Shown here piece by piece: positions 1 to 8,529 of a stretch of DNA of 64,000 nucleotides. The notes under the pieces are model-generated. The model saw nothing but the letters and a program-made list of their open reading frames with translations, had not been told where the DNA came from and did no database searches. The stretch's first letter is position 1. The number at the start of each line of letters is the position of its first letter. A program made the position numbers and the translations under genes. Source of the stretch: an uncultured bacterium (GTDB lineage Bacteria; Verrucomicrobiota; Lentisphaeria; Victivallales; UBA1829); assembly GCA_949297765.1 (NCBI GenBank), contig CASFTV010000005.1, positions 66,144 to 130,143 of the forward strand. Direction: 5' to 3'.

Positions 1-1210
1 CATAGTTCTGTTCCGCCATTTCGAACTCTTCCGCCTCGACCATCACGCTCAGGGTCGGAACCAGAAGATTCATCGGACAGGCCTTCACGCACCGGGAACA
101 CCGGATGCACGGATTGCCTTCGAACTGTTCCACCTCGTCCGGCGCCATCAGCAGCACGCCCGAGGAGTTCTTCATAATCGGGATGTCGGTGTTCGACTGG
201 GCGAATCCCATCATCGGGCCGCCCATAATCACCTTTGCCGGATTCTCCTTCACGCCGGAACTCAGCTCCAGCAGCCGGGCGATCGGTGTCCCGATCCGGG
301 CCAGATAGTTGGCCGGATCCACCACCGGAGTTCCTGTAACCGTGGTGATGCGTTCAATCAGCGGATGGCCCAGGACCACGGCGTCATGCACGGCGGCCGC
401 GGTTCCGGTGTTCATCACCACGCAGCCGACGTCCATCGGCAGTCCGCCTTCCAGCACCTGGCGGCGGGTCAGCGCGTAGATCAGCTGCTTTTCCGCGCCC
501 TGCGGATATTTCACATGCAGGGGAACCACGCGGATCCTGTATTTTCCGGCGGCCGCGGAGAGTTTTTCAACCGCATCCATTTTGTTGTCCTCCACGCCGA
601 TGAACACGCGGTCGGCCTTGAGGATCTTGGCGGCGATCGCCACACCGGTCAGCACCTCTTCCGTGCGGTCCAGCATCAGACGGTGATCCGCGGTCAGGAA
701 CGGTTCGCACTCCGCGCCGTTGATGATGAGCGTATCAATATTCTTTTCCGGCGGGGGGGAGAGTTTGACATGCGTCGGGAACGCCGCGCCGCCCATGCCG
801 ACAATGCCGGCGTCGAGAATCCGTTTTTTCAGGATCTCCTTCTCGGTATCCGCCCAGTTGGGGATGGGTGCAAGGGAGGTATCCCACTCGTCGGTGCCGT
901 CGGAGAGGATCTCCACCGCCTGTTCGGGCGCACCGGTGACGCCGATGATCTCCACGACATCCCCGACCGTTCCGCAGGCCGGCGAATGGAGCGGGACGGA
1001 CACAAATCCGCCCGGTTCGGCGATTCTCTGTCCTTTTTTAACGACATCGCCTTTCTTGACCGTAAGAGTCGGCGGCGCGCCGATGCTCTGCCGGATCGGC
1101 ACCACATACTTATCGAAAAGCGGAGCAATCCGCAATTCTTTTCCGGAGGTCAGCTCCTTTCCTTCCAGCGGATGGACTCCGCCCTTGAAATTCGCCGTCT
1201 GAGAACTCAT
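1..1210 (-). CDS. rnfC: Rnf electron-transport complex subunit C (RnfC); 3' end cut by window edge
   Basis: Not in the ORF track because the frame runs off position 1. Minus-strand ATG at 1208-1210 forms an ATGA overlap with the rnfB stop. Translation starts MSSQTANFKGGVHPLEGKELTSGKE. In frame further on: DAGIVGMGGAAFPTHVKL (761-814) and the ferredoxin motif GNPCIRCSRCVKACPM (71-118). Confidence 0.9.
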   Translation of the reverse strand, partial: MSSQTANFKGGVHPLEGKELTSGKELRIAPLFDKYVVPIRQSIGAPPTLTVKKGDVVKKGQRIAEPGGFVSVPLHSPACGTVGDVVEIIGVTGAPEQAVEILSDGTDEWDTSLAPIPNWADTEKEILKKRILDAGIVGMGGAAFPTHVKLSPPPEKNIDTLIINGAECEPFLTADHRLMLDRTEEVLTGVAIAAKILKADRVFIGVEDNKMDAVEKLSAAAGKYRIRVVPLHVKYPQGAEKQLIYALTRRQVLEGGLPMDVGCVVMNTGTAAAVHDAVVLGHPLIERITTVTGTPVVDPANYLARIGTPIARLLELSSGVKENPAKVIMGGPMMGFAQSNTDIPIMKNSSGVLLMAPDEVEQFEGNPCIRCSRCVKACPMNLLVPTLSVMVEAEEFEMAEQNY

Positions 1211-2049
1211 GCCGCACCTTCTTTCTTCTTGACGCCGTCCCGCACCGCCTGGAGATGCTGTTCGGGAGTCAGCAGACATTTTCTGGGACACTGCGCCTTC
1301 TCGATCACCGATTCATCCGGCGGATTGGTGTAGACCACCCGGACCATGAATCCCTGGACATTGAATTTATCCGGTTCCGCCTTCACGCATTTGCGGCAGG
1401 CGATGCAGGATCCCGTGCACTTTTTCATGCGCAGCGCGGGTTTTTCCAGCGAGTTGCAGTAGATATGCACCGGTGCCGACGCGGGAACCAGCTTGATCAG
1501 TTTTCTCGGACAGACCTCCGCGCACTGGCCGCATCCGACGCAGATTTCCGGATGCACCACCGCGAGTCCGTCGATGACTTCGATCGCCCCGAACTTGCAG
1601 GCTCTGGCGCAGCTTCCGAAACCGATGCACCCGAAGCGGCAGTCTTTGGCTCCGCCGTTCAGCTGCACAGCGGACCGGCAGTCCAGCACGCCGTTGTACT
1701 TTGCGCCCATCTTGGAGTGGGAGAGTGTTCCGCTGCAAAGCACAACCGCCACCTTCTTCTCGCTCTCCTCGACCTTCTGGCCGAGATATTTCGCGATGCG
1801 GGCCACAGCCTCCGGCGTACAGACCGGACATTTGTTGGCGGGCGCATTGCCTTCGACAATATTTTTTGCCAGATCGGAGCATCCGGCGAATCCGCAACCG
1901 CCGCAGTTTGCCCCGGGGAGCATCCCGGCGACGTCGTCAATCCGCGGATCAAGCTCCACCGCGAACTTCTTCGCGGCAACCGCGATGCAGATTCCGAGCA
2001 CCATGCCCGTGACGGCGACAACAACAATGGAAAGAATGATCGTATCCAT
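1207..2049 (-). CDS. rnfB: Rnf complex subunit B (RnfB), Fe-S protein
   Basis: 280 aa. N-terminal TM helix and the LPGANCGGCGFAGC motif, followed by several 4Fe-4S motifs (CVGCGQCAEVCP, CIACRKCV). Confidence 0.9.
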   Translation of the reverse strand: MDTIILSIVVVAVTGMVLGICIAVAAKKFAVELDPRIDDVAGMLPGANCGGCGFAGCSDLAKNIVEGNAPANKCPVCTPEAVARIAKYLGQKVEESEKKVAVVLCSGTLSHSKMGAKYNGVLDCRSAVQLNGGAKDCRFGCIGFGSCARACKFGAIEVIDGLAVVHPEICVGCGQCAEVCPRKLIKLVPASAPVHIYCNSLEKPALRMKKCTGSCIACRKCVKAEPDKFNVQGFMVRVVYTNPPDESVIEKAQCPRKCLLTPEQHLQAVRDGVKKKEGAA

Positions 2050-2059
2050 GACGCTATCC

Positions 2060-2677
2060 TTATTTTACAAGTCCGGAAAAACCCATGAACGCCATGGCGA
2101 GGATTCCGGCGGTGATCAGCGCGATCGCCGCTCCCTGGAACGGACGGGGAATCTTGGAAATTGCAAGCCGTTCCCGCAGGCTGGCAAACAGAATCACCGC
2201 GATGGCGAATCCGACTCCGGAACAGAAACCGAACACGGTCGACGCCAGAATTCCGCGGTCGCCCTTTGCGTTGAGTTCGGCAGCGCCGAGAACGCAGCAG
2301 TTCGTCGTGATCAGCGGAAGATAGATCCCGAGCGCGGCGTAGAGCGGCGGACTGAACTTCTGCATCACGATCTCCACAATCTGCACCAGCGCCGCGATCA
2401 CCACGATGAACAGAAGCAGCTTTGTGAATCCGATGTCCACATGTTCCAGTCCGAGTGCGGGAATCGAGATCTTCACCTTCAGCAGGCAGTTGTAGAGAAC
2501 CGCCGCGACGAACGATGCAATCGTCATCACGAAGATCAGCGCACCCGACATTCCCAGCGCCGTGGACAGTTTTTTGGACACGCCCAGAAACGGGCAGATC
2601 CCCAGAATTCTCGCTAACACCATGTTGTTCACAAGGATAGCGCCGACCGTGATTACCAACCACTCATTCAAGGACAT
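2060..2677 (-). CDS. rnfA: Rnf complex subunit A (RnfA), polytopic membrane protein
   Basis: MSLNEWLVITVGAILVNNMVLARILGICPFLGVSKK... is typical of the RnfA/NqrE family. Start moved from 2734 (track) to ATG 2677, which is preceded by AAGGAGGAG. Confidence 0.88.
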   Translation of the reverse strand: MSLNEWLVITVGAILVNNMVLARILGICPFLGVSKKLSTALGMSGALIFVMTIASFVAAVLYNCLLKVKISIPALGLEHVDIGFTKLLLFIVVIAALVQIVEIVMQKFSPPLYAALGIYLPLITTNCCVLGAAELNAKGDRGILASTVFGFCSGVGFAIAVILFASLRERLAISKIPRPFQGAAIALITAGILAMAFMGFSGLVK

Positions 2678-2775
2678 TGAAAAACTTCTCCTCCTTACAA
2701 ATTGGAATTGAATGACTCCGGCAAGCCGGAACACCGCCGCGGCAGTCTTCGGGCGTGACGGTGAATCCAGCCTTT

Positions 2776-2804
2776 AATGTAGTCTGTTTTCCTGTGAAAA
2801 TCAA
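2776..2804 (-). promoter_or_regulatory. Candidate sigma70-type promoter of rnfABC
   Basis: Minus strand reads TTGATT (2799-2804), a 17-nt spacer, then TACATT (2776-2781). About 95-nt leader before rnfA. Confidence 0.4.
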
Positions 2805-3003
2805 GCAGTTTCCGGAATTTATTTCCCCTTCCGCCGGCTGTGAAAAATCCCGTTTTCCCCACCTCCGGCGTGTTCCGCCGTCTCCCCGAATTCAAACCGG
2901 AGATCCGCTCCTCCGCAGGAAAACGCGCCGGGATTTTCTTTTCGCAAAAGAGAAAATCTCCGACGCCCTGCCGTTAGAGATTTCACAGCCGGAAAGACCG
3001 GAT

Positions 3004-3026
3004 GAAAAACCGGCCGTTTTCCGGTC
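3004..3026 (-). terminator. Weak candidate intrinsic terminator after the SGNH hydrolase gene
   Basis: Minus strand reads ACCGG-aaaacgg-CCGGT followed by TTTT. The stem is only 5 bp. Confidence 0.25.
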
Positions 3027-3033
3027 TGCCGCA

Positions 3034-3669
3034 TCAGCGGGGAAGAATGAAATCCGCGATCTCTTCCGCGAGTTTCCGGGAACCTTCCTCGTTGAAATGG
3101 ACCCAGTCGCGATGGAGGTGTCCGAGTTCGGCCTCGGCAAACGAATAGAGATCGTTGAAACGGACTCCTTCGGGCTCCAGCACTTTCCGGGCGATGTCGT
3201 TGTACGCGCGGACCTCCGCATTGCTCCGGAAGAGGAAGGAGGGGCACTGATCCTCCAGCACCGGCGTCGAACAGGCGAAAATGATCTCCGCCCGGGGAAA
3301 CAGCGTCCGGATCCGCCGGTAGACGCGGCCGATCAGGTATTCATAAAATGCCGGCGGGGTCAGAGACTCCTTTTCATAGTCGCAGTATCCGGAATGGAGA
3401 ACGTTTTCCGCGGTGGCGGCTTCCGCCTCGCCGGTCGCCCCGATCCCGAGATGGCCGACATCCCAGAGTCCGTTGTTCCAGTGAACCACATCAATTTCAT
3501 CGCCCTTCAGATGGAGCGAGGCTTTCCAGTCCTGAAGCTGGCGGAGGGTGTACTGCAGGAAGCGTCCGTTGTCGTTCGGATAAAAGACCTCCGCCCGTCC
3601 CTCCAGACACTGGCGGACATATTCACCGTATCCCATGCGGATGGAATCACCAAGAAGCAGAATTTTCAT
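3034..3669 (-). CDS. SGNH/GDSL-family hydrolase
   Basis: 211 aa. N-terminal block I MKILLLGDSI (GDS), and a C-terminal DWVHFN block (catalytic D-x-x-H). ATGA overlap with the upstream MBL gene. Confidence 0.8.
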   Translation of the reverse strand: MKILLLGDSIRMGYGEYVRQCLEGRAEVFYPNDNGRFLQYTLRQLQDWKASLHLKGDEIDVVHWNNGLWDVGHLGIGATGEAEAATAENVLHSGYCDYEKESLTPPAFYEYLIGRVYRRIRTLFPRAEIIFACSTPVLEDQCPSFLFRSNAEVRAYNDIARKVLEPEGVRFNDLYSFAEAELGHLHRDWVHFNEEGSRKLAEEIADFILPR

Positions 3670-4520
3670 TTTTCCGTCCCCGTTTCATAAGGAAGGGTCA
3701 TGCCGTCGTAACCGACTTCGATTCCGTCCGGACCGAATTCCCGTTCCAGATCGGCGTGCAGGGCTTTTCCGTTGTGAGAGAAGTGATTGATGACATAGCG
3801 GGTGTTTGAATCGATTGCGCCGATGGAGCGCAGGCGGTCGTGGAACGCTCTCTGCCAGGAGCCGCCCATATGGTGATCGCGCCAGTCGAGAAGAGCGCCG
3901 GTGCAGTCGGCAATGACGATGTCGAACCGGATGTTCGCCTTCTCCAGCCAGGCCCAGGACTCCTCCGGCAGATAGCCGGTGTCGTTGGCGAGGAGGATCC
4001 GGGCCTTCCCGTGGCGGACCGCGAAAACCACCGCCTCGCCGGGAATATGGTAGTGATTGGCCGGGAGCGGACAGAAGGTCATATCCTCCTCCGGCAGCTC
4101 CACCGCCTGGAAGGGAAGGAGCAGATGGAATTTCAGCGTCTCAAGAACAGGGCTGTTCTTTCCGAACGTTGTCCGGATCCGGTTCCACACGGTCGGCCGG
4201 GCGTAGATGTGCAGAGGCACAGCAAAGCCGTGCGAAAAACCGGAATCCCGCATCGACATCGAAAACGTATCCAGATGATCTTCGTGCTCATGCGTGAAAA
4301 AGAGGTGCTTCATCCGAGCGGACCGGAATCCGAAACGCAGTTCCTGCGAATAGGAATCGGGTCCGTAATCGACTCTCACCCGCTCGCTGAACGCATACGC
4401 GGACGTTGTCCGGAAGTCTTTTCCCTTGTTTTCCCATGCGCTCCGGCAGACGGGGCAGTCGCAGAAACGGGCGGGAATTCCCTCTGCGGCGCCGCTTCCC
4501 AGAATGGTCAGAGTTTCCAT
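3666..4520 (-). CDS. MBL-fold metallo-hydrolase (PhnP-like, with N-terminal Cys cluster)
   Basis: METLTILGSGAAEGIPARFCDCPVCRSAWENKG..., THEHEDHLD (HxHxDH). The track ORF extends to 4916, but that part overlaps the divergent gene. ATG 4520 is preceded by GGAAGGAGAAGG. Confidence 0.8.
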   Translation of the reverse strand: METLTILGSGAAEGIPARFCDCPVCRSAWENKGKDFRTTSAYAFSERVRVDYGPDSYSQELRFGFRSARMKHLFFTHEHEDHLDTFSMSMRDSGFSHGFAVPLHIYARPTVWNRIRTTFGKNSPVLETLKFHLLLPFQAVELPEEDMTFCPLPANHYHIPGEAVVFAVRHGKARILLANDTGYLPEESWAWLEKANIRFDIVIADCTGALLDWRDHHMGGSWQRAFHDRLRSIGAIDSNTRYVINHFSHNGKALHADLEREFGPDGIEVGYDGMTLPYETGTEK

Positions 4521-4578
4521 ACCGATCTCACCTTCTCCTTCCTGTTGATGGATTGTATTCGGATGCGATGTTCCGGAT

Positions 4579-4607
4579 ACTATATTCTCCTCCGGCGGAA
4601 AATGCAA
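4579..4607 (-). promoter_or_regulatory. Candidate promoter of the MBL-SGNH operon
   Basis: Minus strand reads TTGCAT (4602-4607), a 17-nt spacer, then TATAGT (4579-4584). Confidence 0.4.
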
Positions 4608-4651
4608 GAAACGGGAAACCGGGAGAAGCGGAAAAAGTTTTCCGGTTTCAT

Positions 4652-4680
4652 TTGCGCAGACCCCTGATCTCCTGTATATT
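4652..4680 (+). promoter_or_regulatory. Candidate promoter of the phosphohexomutase-EamA operon
   Basis: TTGCGC (4652-4657), a 17-nt spacer, then TATATT (4675-4680). AGGAG lies 11 nt before ATG 4717. Confidence 0.35.
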
Positions 4681-4716
4681 ACCTCCGATGCAATCGAAAC
4701 AGGAGACGGCGGAAAA

Positions 4717-6081
4717 ATGAGATTCCTGAGACTGGGGCCTTCCGGGATGCGCGGAGCGGTCGGCTCGGCCCTGACCGGACAGCTTGCGATCAAATACGCC
4801 TCCGCGTTCGGGACCTGGCTCGACGGAGGAACGGTCGGCGTGGCGATTGATACGCGCACCTCGTCGCCGATGTTCAAATCCGCCTGTTTCGCCGGACTGC
4901 TTGCGACGGGATGCAATGTGATTGATTTCGGGATCTGCCCGGCACCCGTACTCCACTTTGCCGTGAAAAAACTGGGACTGGACGGGGGAATGCTGATCGG
5001 AGCGGGACATCATCAGGGAGGCTGGAATGCGATTGTCCCGTTCTCCCGCCGCGGAGCCTGCCTTTCTCCGCTTCAGACGCAGGAGATGCTGGACATTTAT
5101 CACGGAGGAGTCTTCCGTTCCGCCCGCTGGAACCGGACGGGGTCCATCCTGCCCGCGCCGGAAACGATTCCCGGAGATTATGTGGAAGATCTTGCCAGGC
5201 TGGTGAATGTCCGGGAACTTGCGGTGCACCGGTTCCGGGTGGTCACGGATTTCTGCAACGGATCCGGATCGCTTCTCAAACAGCGGATCGCCGACCGCTT
5301 CGGCCTTGACATGGTGCCGATCAACGATCTTCTTTCCGGATCTCTTCCGCATGATCCGGAGCCGCGGCCGCGGAGTTCGGCGCAGGTGAAATCCATCATG
5401 AAACCGCTGCGGGCGGATGCCGGATTCGTCTTCAGCAGCGACGTGGGCCGCGCGGCGATCGTCACCGATACGGGCGAGACGCTGTCGGAGGAATACACGG
5501 TCTCCATTGCGGCGGACAACGTGCTTTCCAAACTGCCGCGCGGCGCGAAAGTCGCCACAAACTGGTGTTCGACCAAAACGCTGGACCTGATCGTGGCGAA
5601 GCACGGCGGGACCATCTGCAAGGGGCCGACCGGAGAAGCCTATACGCTGGAACTGATGCGGGAACAGAACGCCGCACTCGGCGGCGACGGATCGGGAGGG
5701 GTGGCGGTTGCCGCCTCCGGAACCGCCGGATTCGACGGATTTGCGGCGATGCTGCTGATGCTCGAAACGATGGCGCTCCGGAACAGGCGTTCGTCGGAGA
5801 TTGCGGGAGAGCTGCCGCGCTGGCACATCACCAAGATGTCGCTGCCGTGCCGTTCGTTCAAGGCATATTCGGTTCTGCGCGCGCTGCGCGCGCTGTTCCC
5901 CGAAGCGGCGGTCACCGAGGAGGACGGTCTGCGCTTCGACTGGCCGGACGGCTGGATCCATGTGCGCATGTCGATGACCGAGCCGATTCTCCGGATGATC
6001 TCGGAATGGAAAAATCCCGGCGACGGAGTCGGAAAGATCATGCACATCCGGGCGGCGGTGGAGAGGATGATCGCAGAATGA
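4717..6081 (+). CDS. Alpha-D-phosphohexomutase-family paralog with degenerate catalytic motifs (probable pseudoenzyme)
   Basis: 454 aa with full-length similarity to the next gene. The phosphoserine loop reads GAGHHQGGWNA (versus TASHNPAEWNA in the neighbour). The metal loop reads SSDVGR (versus DPDGDR). The phosphate loop RMSMTEP is retained. Confidence 0.8.
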   Translation: MRFLRLGPSGMRGAVGSALTGQLAIKYASAFGTWLDGGTVGVAIDTRTSSPMFKSACFAGLLATGCNVIDFGICPAPVLHFAVKKLGLDGGMLIGAGHHQGGWNAIVPFSRRGACLSPLQTQEMLDIYHGGVFRSARWNRTGSILPAPETIPGDYVEDLARLVNVRELAVHRFRVVTDFCNGSGSLLKQRIADRFGLDMVPINDLLSGSLPHDPEPRPRSSAQVKSIMKPLRADAGFVFSSDVGRAAIVTDTGETLSEEYTVSIAADNVLSKLPRGAKVATNWCSTKTLDLIVAKHGGTICKGPTGEAYTLELMREQNAALGGDGSGGVAVAASGTAGFDGFAAMLLMLETMALRNRRSSEIAGELPRWHITKMSLPCRSFKAYSVLRALRALFPEAAVTEEDGLRFDWPDGWIHVRMSMTEPILRMISEWKNPGDGVGKIMHIRAAVERMIAE

Positions 6082-7466
6082 AGAAAATGCGCAGGAATCT
6101 GAAAATCGGTGTCAGCGGCGTGAGGGGCGTGGTGGGGGAGACTCTCTCGCCCGCGCTGGCGGCGGATTTCGCGGCCTCGTTCGGAGGATTCACGGGACGG
6201 GGAGTGGTCATTGTCGGACGGGACACGCGGCCGAGCGGCGTCATGATGGAAAACGCGGTCGCGGCGGGACTTCTCGCCTCCGGCGCGCATGTGCTTCTGG
6301 CGGGCATTGTTCCGACGCCCACGCTTCAGATTCTGGTCCGGCATTATGACGCGGCAGGCGCGGTCGCCATCACGGCGAGCCACAATCCCGCGGAGTGGAA
6401 TGCGCTCAAATTCATCGACTCCTCCGCATTTTTCCTGACGGAGAGCGGAATGAACGCACTGCTCGACACCTACAATCAGCCGCAGGACGACTTTGTGAAA
6501 GAGTCCGCCTATCGCGGAATCGGCGAAATCCGCGACGCATTCCGCATTCATGCGGAACGGATCCGGCAGGCGGTGGACCGGGAGGCGATCCGGGAAGCTC
6601 ATCTCAAGGTGGCGGTGGACTGCTGCAACGGGGTCGGCGCGCTGTATTCGAGAGAATTTCTGGAATCGCTCGGCTGCGAAGTGGTTACGATTTTCGACGA
6701 GACGGACGGCATTTTCCGCCGAAGTCCGGAACCTGTTGCGGCCAATCTGACCGGACTTGCGGGAACCGTGACGGAACACGCCTGCGACATCGGATTCGCA
6801 CAGGACCCCGACGGCGACCGGATCTCGCTGGTGGACGAACGGGGAAACGCTCTCGGCGAACAGTACTCCATTCTGATCCCGGCGCTCCGGGTTCTGGAAC
6901 GCACACCGGGGCCGGTGGTGGCAAATGTGCAGACGACCAAATCGCTGGGCGATCTCGCCGCCCGTTTTTCCGTTCCAGTGTTTTACTCGAAGGTCGGTGA
7001 AGTGAATGTTGCCGAAGAGATGCGCGTCCGCGGTGCGGTGTTCGGCGCGGAGGGGGGAAGCGGAGGCGTTCTCTGGAGCGGAATCCATCCCTGCCGGGAC
7101 AGTTTTTCCGCAATGGCGCTGACGCTCGAAGCGCTCGCCCTTCACCGGAAACGGGTTTCAGAACTGATGGCGGAGATGCCGCGTTATTCCTCGGCGGTCC
7201 GGAAACTGCCGTGCGGAGCGGAGGAGGCATCCGCGGCTCTGCACGCGCTCGCCCTCCGGTACGAGGAGCGGAAACCGTCGCGGATCGACGGAGTCCGCAT
7301 TGAGTTTGAGGATTCCTGGGTGCTGGTCCGTCCGTCGAACACGGAACCGATGATCCGCATCTACGCGGAATCGGCCCGGGGAATGGAAAACGCCGACGCA
7401 CTGGCGGAAACGTTTCTCCGGGAACTGGAAACGCTCATCGGAGAATCAGCGGGGAATCTGTCATGA
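6078..7466 (+). CDS. Phosphohexomutase (PGM/PMM/GlmM superfamily), motifs intact
   Basis: Start ATG 6078 forms an ATGA overlap with the upstream stop. The track ORF from 5565 is an out-of-context extension. All four family loops are present: ITASHNPAEWNALKF, QDPDGDR, GAEGGSGG, VRPSNTEP. Confidence 0.88.
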   Translation: MKKMRRNLKIGVSGVRGVVGETLSPALAADFAASFGGFTGRGVVIVGRDTRPSGVMMENAVAAGLLASGAHVLLAGIVPTPTLQILVRHYDAAGAVAITASHNPAEWNALKFIDSSAFFLTESGMNALLDTYNQPQDDFVKESAYRGIGEIRDAFRIHAERIRQAVDREAIREAHLKVAVDCCNGVGALYSREFLESLGCEVVTIFDETDGIFRRSPEPVAANLTGLAGTVTEHACDIGFAQDPDGDRISLVDERGNALGEQYSILIPALRVLERTPGPVVANVQTTKSLGDLAARFSVPVFYSKVGEVNVAEEMRVRGAVFGAEGGSGGVLWSGIHPCRDSFSAMALTLEALALHRKRVSELMAEMPRYSSAVRKLPCGAEEASAALHALALRYEERKPSRIDGVRIEFEDSWVLVRPSNTEPMIRIYAESARGMENADALAETFLRELETLIGESAGNLS

Positions 7467-8353
7467 AACTGAAACTTCCGCCTGCCATTCAGGCCGATCT
7501 GATGCTGCTGACCGCAACGATATTGTGGGGCAGTTCGTATCTGTTCATGATTGCCGGACTGCACGATCTGGATGCGTTCAATCTGATTGCGCTGCGGTTC
7601 GGGATCGCATTTCTGCTGGCGGGGGGAGTGTTTGTAAAATCGCTGGCGGCGGGAGGGATGATGCCGTTTCTGACGAGCTGTCTGCCGGGGTTTCTGCTCT
7701 GCGCCGCGTTTGCGGCGGTCTCCTTCGGACTGAAGACGACCTCCGCCTCGAAAGCGGGATTTCTGGTTGGTCTGACCGTGATTTTTGTTCCGGTTCTCTC
7801 CGCGCTGTTCCACCGGAAACTGCCGGGCGTGAAGAGCGCTCTGGCGACGCTGATCGCGTTCGGCGGGATCACTCTTCTGACCTGGAGGGAGGGAATCCGG
7901 ATCGACCGCGGAGCGCTCCTCTGCATGCTTGCCGCACTGCTCTATGCGCTTTACCTGATTCTGAACGGGAGGATCGTGAAAAAAGAGACCGCGCTTCCGT
8001 TCGGGATCTGGCAGTTCGGCTGGTGTTTCGGAGCGGCGCTTCTGTTTTCGATTCTTCTGGAGAAGCCGGAGCTTCCGGCGACGGCGGAAAGCTGGGGAGC
8101 GGTTCTCGCGCTCGGGATTTTCTGCAGTGCGGCGGGATTTCTCCTCCAGACAAAGGCGCAGGTGACCGCATCGCCGACCCATGTGACGATTCTGTTTTCT
8201 CTGGAACCGGTCTTCACTGCGCTGTTCGCCTATCTGTTCAAAGGGGAGATGCTCTCCCGGCGCGGACTGATCGGCGCAGGACTGATCCTTCTGGCGGTTC
8301 TGATCTCCGAATTCACTCCGGAGAAAAAGGCGGAAAAGACGGATCTGAAATAG
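7463..8353 (+). CDS. EamA/DMT-family transporter (10 TM)
   Basis: 296 aa, hydrophobic, with a two-fold EamA-like repeat. ATGA overlap with the mutase stop. Confidence 0.8.
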   Translation: MKLKLPPAIQADLMLLTATILWGSSYLFMIAGLHDLDAFNLIALRFGIAFLLAGGVFVKSLAAGGMMPFLTSCLPGFLLCAAFAAVSFGLKTTSASKAGFLVGLTVIFVPVLSALFHRKLPGVKSALATLIAFGGITLLTWREGIRIDRGALLCMLAALLYALYLILNGRIVKKETALPFGIWQFGWCFGAALLFSILLEKPELPATAESWGAVLALGIFCSAAGFLLQTKAQVTASPTHVTILFSLEPVFTALFAYLFKGEMLSRRGLIGAGLILLAVLISEFTPEKKAEKTDLK

Positions 8354-8382
8354 AATCCGAACCGCACTGCCGGACCGCATTG

Positions 8383-8401
8383 CCGCCGGGCACCCCGGCG
8401 G
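8383..8401 (+). terminator. GC hairpin after the EamA gene (possible terminator, no U-tract)
   Basis: CCGCCGGG-cac-CCCGGCGG, a perfect 8-bp stem, followed by aaaag rather than a T run. Confidence 0.25.
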
Positions 8402-8529
8402 AAAAGAGACTGTGATTACTTTCACAAACTTTCGAAAAAAAAGAAAAATCGTTGCACGGCAGCTTGCAAGATTCCACTTTCGGAAGTAACTTATAGGATG
8501 ATGCAACAAAACAGAAAGGAAGTGCGGTC

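Noticed and set aside
365-1333. 322-aa plus-strand ORF (and 720-1202, 1255-2088, 1493-2617) across the rnf genes
   Set aside because: These are antisense shadows of rnfC/rnfB/rnfA. Their products are R/G/H/P-rich and low-complexity with no motifs, while the minus strand encodes unmistakable Rnf proteins.
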